Source of the DNA: an uncultured Actinomycetota bacterium
GTDB lineage: Bacteria; Actinomycetota; Actinomycetes; Mycobacteriales; Micromonosporaceae
DNA length: 64,000 bases
Assembly: GCA_963753485.1 (NCBI GenBank)
Contig: CAVWCL010000013.1
Span: 80,355-144,354 of the forward strand
Direction of reading: 5' to 3'
The notes under the pieces were generated by a model, which saw only the letters and a program-made list of their open reading frames with translations, was not told the origin of the DNA and did no database searches. Position 1 is the first letter of the stretch. Each line of letters opens with the position of its first letter. Below are positions 60,932 to 64,000 of this stretch, piece by piece. Both the position numbers and the translations under genes were made by a program.

Positions 60932-61805
60932 TCACGGTCAGCGACGCGTTCTGGAAGTTCCGCGGGCCTGGAAACCACCGAACCGAGGACGCCCCGCCAG
61001 CCGGCGCCAGCAGAAGCTGCGCGGCAGCTCGACGAGGCCTTCGACATCCTCACCGACTTCCTCACCGGCGCCTACCGGCGGCACACCAAGACCAAGCCGC
61101 TGCGCGACGTCGACATCATGATCGTGCTGCGGGACACCTCCTACCTCGACATGCACCCCCGGGAGATCCTTGAAGCGGTGCGGAAGGTGCTCGCGGAGCA
61201 CTACGGCGCCGCGAGGGTCTGTACCGACCGGCGCGCCGTCCGGGTCGACTTCGGCGTCGAGCACGTCGATGACCTGACCGGCGAGGTGATCTCCTTCGAC
61301 GTGGTGCCCGCGTTCGAGGACGGCGACCACTACCTGATCCCCGACGACGCATCTGGGAATGGATCCCCACCAACCCCAAGATCCACGCCGAGCTCGCCAC
61401 CACCGCGAACGAGAACTTCGACGGCCAGTGGAAGCCCTGGTCAAGATGATCAAGAAGTGGAACCAGGTGCATGGCGGGCCGGTCGAGCCGGGCTTCCTGA
61501 TCGAGGTGATGGCGCTGGAGCTGATCACCGGCACCTGGACCGGCTCACACGCCTACGAGCTGCGGCAGTTCTTCGCCAGCGCCGCCGACCGGATCGCCGA
61601 CGGCTGGCCGGACCCGGCAGGCGTCGGCCCCGACATCTCCGACGTCCTGGACGGCGACCCGGCCAAAATGGCCAAGGCCCGGACCGCGCTGCGGGAAGCC
61701 GAGGCGGCCTGCACCCGGGCCATCCTGCTGGACCGGCCGGGCCGGACCGGCGAGGCCCTCTCCGTGTGGCGGTCCCTGTTCGGCGACCTGTTCCCCCTGT
61801 CATGA
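60928..61805 (+). pseudogene. CD-NTase (cGAS/DncV-like nucleotidyltransferase, SMODS), frameshifted
   Basis: ATGA-coupled at both ends. Pol-beta NTase signature GAYRRHTKTKPLRDVDIMIVL plus a third acidic residue in ISFDVVPAF, then WIPTNPKIHAE and LVKMIKKWNQVHGGPVEPGFLIEVMALE. The pieces lie in three frames. Confidence 0.65.
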
Positions 61806-62741
61806 CCACCGCCCGGCCGGTCCCGGCCGGCTCTCCGGCCCGGATCAGGGAACGCCAGGATCAGCCCGAGCACCTGCAGCGGCTGCTGGCCTACAGCCAC
61901 CTGTACCGGATCGCGCAGCGCTGGCACCGGGCCCGGGCGTTCGGGACCTTCCTGGCCACCGTCGCGCCGATCATCTCCCTGCTCTTCCCGTCCACCAGCG
62001 ACATCCTCGCCGCGGTCGGCGCCGGATGGCTGGTAGCCGGCCGGACGGTCTTGTCCTGGCTGGAAGAACAGCAGAGCTGCGCCGTCCGCGTCCAGGAGCT
62101 GTACGACACCCGGCTGTTCAAGCTGCCCTGGAACACCGCGCTGGCCCGCCGGGAACCCGCCCCCGAGGACGTCGTCGCCGCCGCAGCGGCACATCCGGGA
62201 CGACAGCCGATACCGCGACTGGTACAGCATCGACCTAGGCGACACTCCCTGGCCCGGCGACGTCCTGCTCTGCCAGCGGAGAGTGCTGTCTGGAGCCGCC
62301 GCGACCACCGCGCCTACGGCACCGCCATCCTGATCACCGGGATCGCCTGGTTCGCCCTCGGCCTGCCATCGCGCTCGCCCGCGACCTCAGCCTCGCCGAC
62401 TACCTGATCAAGATCTTCCTGCCCAGCTCCCCGGCACTGCTGGATTGTACCGAACTGGCACGTGCCCACTGGCGGCACGCCACCAGACGCGAAAACGCCG
62501 AACAAGACATCCAGGACATCTGGCATTCCCACCAACCCCCCCCGGCGGCATCGACCCCGCCGCCTGCCGCAACATCCAGGACACCGCATACCTGCTACGC
62601 CGCCACGGGCCACGCGTACCCGGTTTCATCTACAGTCTCAGGAAGGCGGCGTCCGAGGCCAGCACCAATGCGGGCGCATTCTCCTTACGCGCCGAGAACT
62701 CGCGGGAGACGTCGACTGGTACAGCCGCCGAGGATCCGTAG
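61802..62741 (+). pseudogene. S-4TM-like membrane effector (SMODS-associated 4TM), frameshifted
   Basis: N-terminus is IRERQDQPEHLQRLLAYSHLYRIAQRW followed by TM pairs (FLATVAPIISLLFP, AVGAGWLVAG, GTAILITGIAWFALGL), then ELYDTRLFKLPWN and C-terminal CRNIQDTAYLLRRHGPRVPGFIY. The family call is from memory. Confidence 0.5.
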
Positions 62742-62986
62742 GCCCGACGCTGGCGAAGGTATCGACATGTCCCCGCTGAGGCATCGGCCGAGCAGCCGCT
62801 CGATAATGAACGGACTCGGTTCCGTGCCAGAAGAACGCGAGGTCGTCCCTGGCACGCGCGCGGTGAAGGCGATTCACCGCTGGGTTAGCAGCGGGTCAGC
62901 CGCGAGCGCCGCGCAGCTTCTCCACGCCGTCTAGGTCCGGGGCCGCTTTGAACCTCGCGCTCCGTCACCCAGCAACACCACGGAGG

Positions 62987-64000
62987 TCACGGACCGCCCA
63001 GCACCTTCATCGCGGCCGTCTTCGGGTCGCCGTAGAAGATCGGGTCGACGTGCTCGACGATGTCGGCGCTGACGTCGAGGAAGTTGCGCTTGTTCTCGAT
63101 CGGGATCAGCGCGCGCTTGGCGCCGTTGTCCATCGCGACCTGGAGCGGCTCGGTCAGCGAGCGCAGCGGCTTGATGTTGCCCTGGACGCTCATGTCGCCG
63201 AGGACGAGCAGCGCCGGCGCGACGGGCGCCTTGCCGCAGCGCCGAGTAGGCGGCGACGAAGAAGGCGACGCCGACCTCGGCCTCGACGCGGTTGCCGAGC
63301 AGGTCGATCACCTCGACGTGGAGGTCGGAGGTGTCGAGGTCGCGCGCGATGCCGAGCTCGCTCTTCTTCGCCTGCAGGTAGCTGAAGGCGCGCTGGACCG
63401 ACTCCTTCATCGCGCCGCGACACGCCGCCGGCCAGCTTCAGCTTGCCGGTCCCGCTCGAGACGCGAGACCTCGACGCGGTAGAGGCCGACGGTGCCGTCC
63501 GACGTGACGCCGGCGGTGTAGACCGTGCCGGGCGCCAGCGGGTCGGCGGAGATCAGGTCGCGGCCGCCCTGCTCGGGCACGCCGACGAACCTCTCCTCGC
63601 CGGTCTCCTGAACGTGTAGCTGAAGGACGTGTGGTAGTACTCGAAGGAGCCCATCTTCTTGAGCTGCTCCTTCACGCGGCGCCGGCCCTCGAGCGCGAGC
63701 TCGAGGATCTCGCGCGAGCTCGTCCTGGGTCGACCTCGCCGTGCGGGATAGAGGATCTTCATCAGGCCCGAGACCGTCTTGCGGACGGCCTTGCGGTCGC
63801 GGGCGTTCAGGTGCGCGCCCAGCGAGAAGTGGCGGTCGATGATCTCCGTGAAGTTGTGCTTCCGCAGCTCGCGGAGCGCCTCGGCGAGGTAGTCGACGAC
63901 GAAGCCGTAGTGGTCCGTGAAGAGGTCGTTCCGCATCTTCGGGATCTCCCAGCCCGGGAGGTAGAAGTGCAGGCGGTCGATGAACGCCATGTCGTCGCGG
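62987..64000 (-). pseudogene. brxL: BREX Lon-like protease BrxL, C-terminal ~340 codons, frameshifted, 5' part outside window
   Basis: Pieces are AFIDRLHFYLPGWEIPKMRNDLFTDHYGFVVDYLAEALRELRK, ILELALEGRRRVKEQLKKMGSFEYYHTSFSY, MKESVQRAFSYLQAKKSELGIARDLDTSDLHVEVIDLLGNRVEAEVGVAFFVAAYSAL and GDMSVQGNIKPLRSLTEPLQVAMDNGAKRALIPIENKRNF, read in different frames. Confidence 0.7.

Larger units (their letters stand above)
57534..64000. other. degraded defence island downstream of tRNA-Pro (continues beyond window)
   Basis: Abrupt change from intact core genes to defence-type genes (XRE/ImmA, CBASS-like, brxL), all frameshifted. An AT-richer patch lies right after the tRNA. No integrase or att repeat was seen in the window. 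Confidence 0.55.

Noticed and set aside
62823-62856. 8-bp inverted repeat CGTGCCAG..(18 nt)..CTGGCACG between the convergent S-4TM-like and brxL genes, as a bidirectional terminator
   Set aside because: It has a large loop, a short stem and no U-tract, so the evidence is not enough to annotate it as a terminator.

Overview
Very GC-rich actinobacterial chromosome segment. Positions 1-57400 are core genome. Gene order tracks three Mycobacterium tuberculosis blocks, from memory. Rv3607c-Rv3610c: folB, folP, folE, ftsH. Rv3624c-Rv3628: hpt, tilS, Zn-protease, dacB, ppa. Rv3671c-Rv3683: marP, nudix, tlpA-like, nth, crp, MBL hydrolase, RidA, DUF4177, two ArsA-like ATPases, whiB4/wblA, class A PBP, metallophosphoesterase. 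Lineage-specific blocks interrupt this order: (i) about 12 kb wedged between folP and folE, carrying a VirB4-centred type IV secretion-like module plus hypothetical genes; (ii) an isolated eccD/eccC type VII secretion pair flanking a phosphotransferase; (iii) capA- and cbiZ-like genes; (iv) a TetR-headed atu/liu-like acyl-CoA carboxylase/dehydrogenase cluster; (v) a Ser/Thr kinase next to a giant adenylate cyclase-ATPase-TPR protein. Five operon junctions carry short repeats built as chains of stop/start-overlapping mini-ORFs (MIRU-like). Three of them belong to one 56/57-bp family, always oriented with transcription. After tRNA-Pro(CGG) at 57460-57533 the sequence becomes an accessory defence island. 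It holds a divergent XRE/ImmA (CapH/CapP-like) regulator, a type III CBASS-like operon (TRIP13-like AAA+, unknown gene, HORMA-like, CD-NTase, S-4TM-like effector) and the 3' part of a BREX brxL gene running off the window. Every island gene is broken by multiple frameshifts, whereas none of the roughly 50 core genes is. No rRNA, CRISPR array, transposase or integrase was seen. All family assignments are by eye from the translated ORFs; no searches were run.
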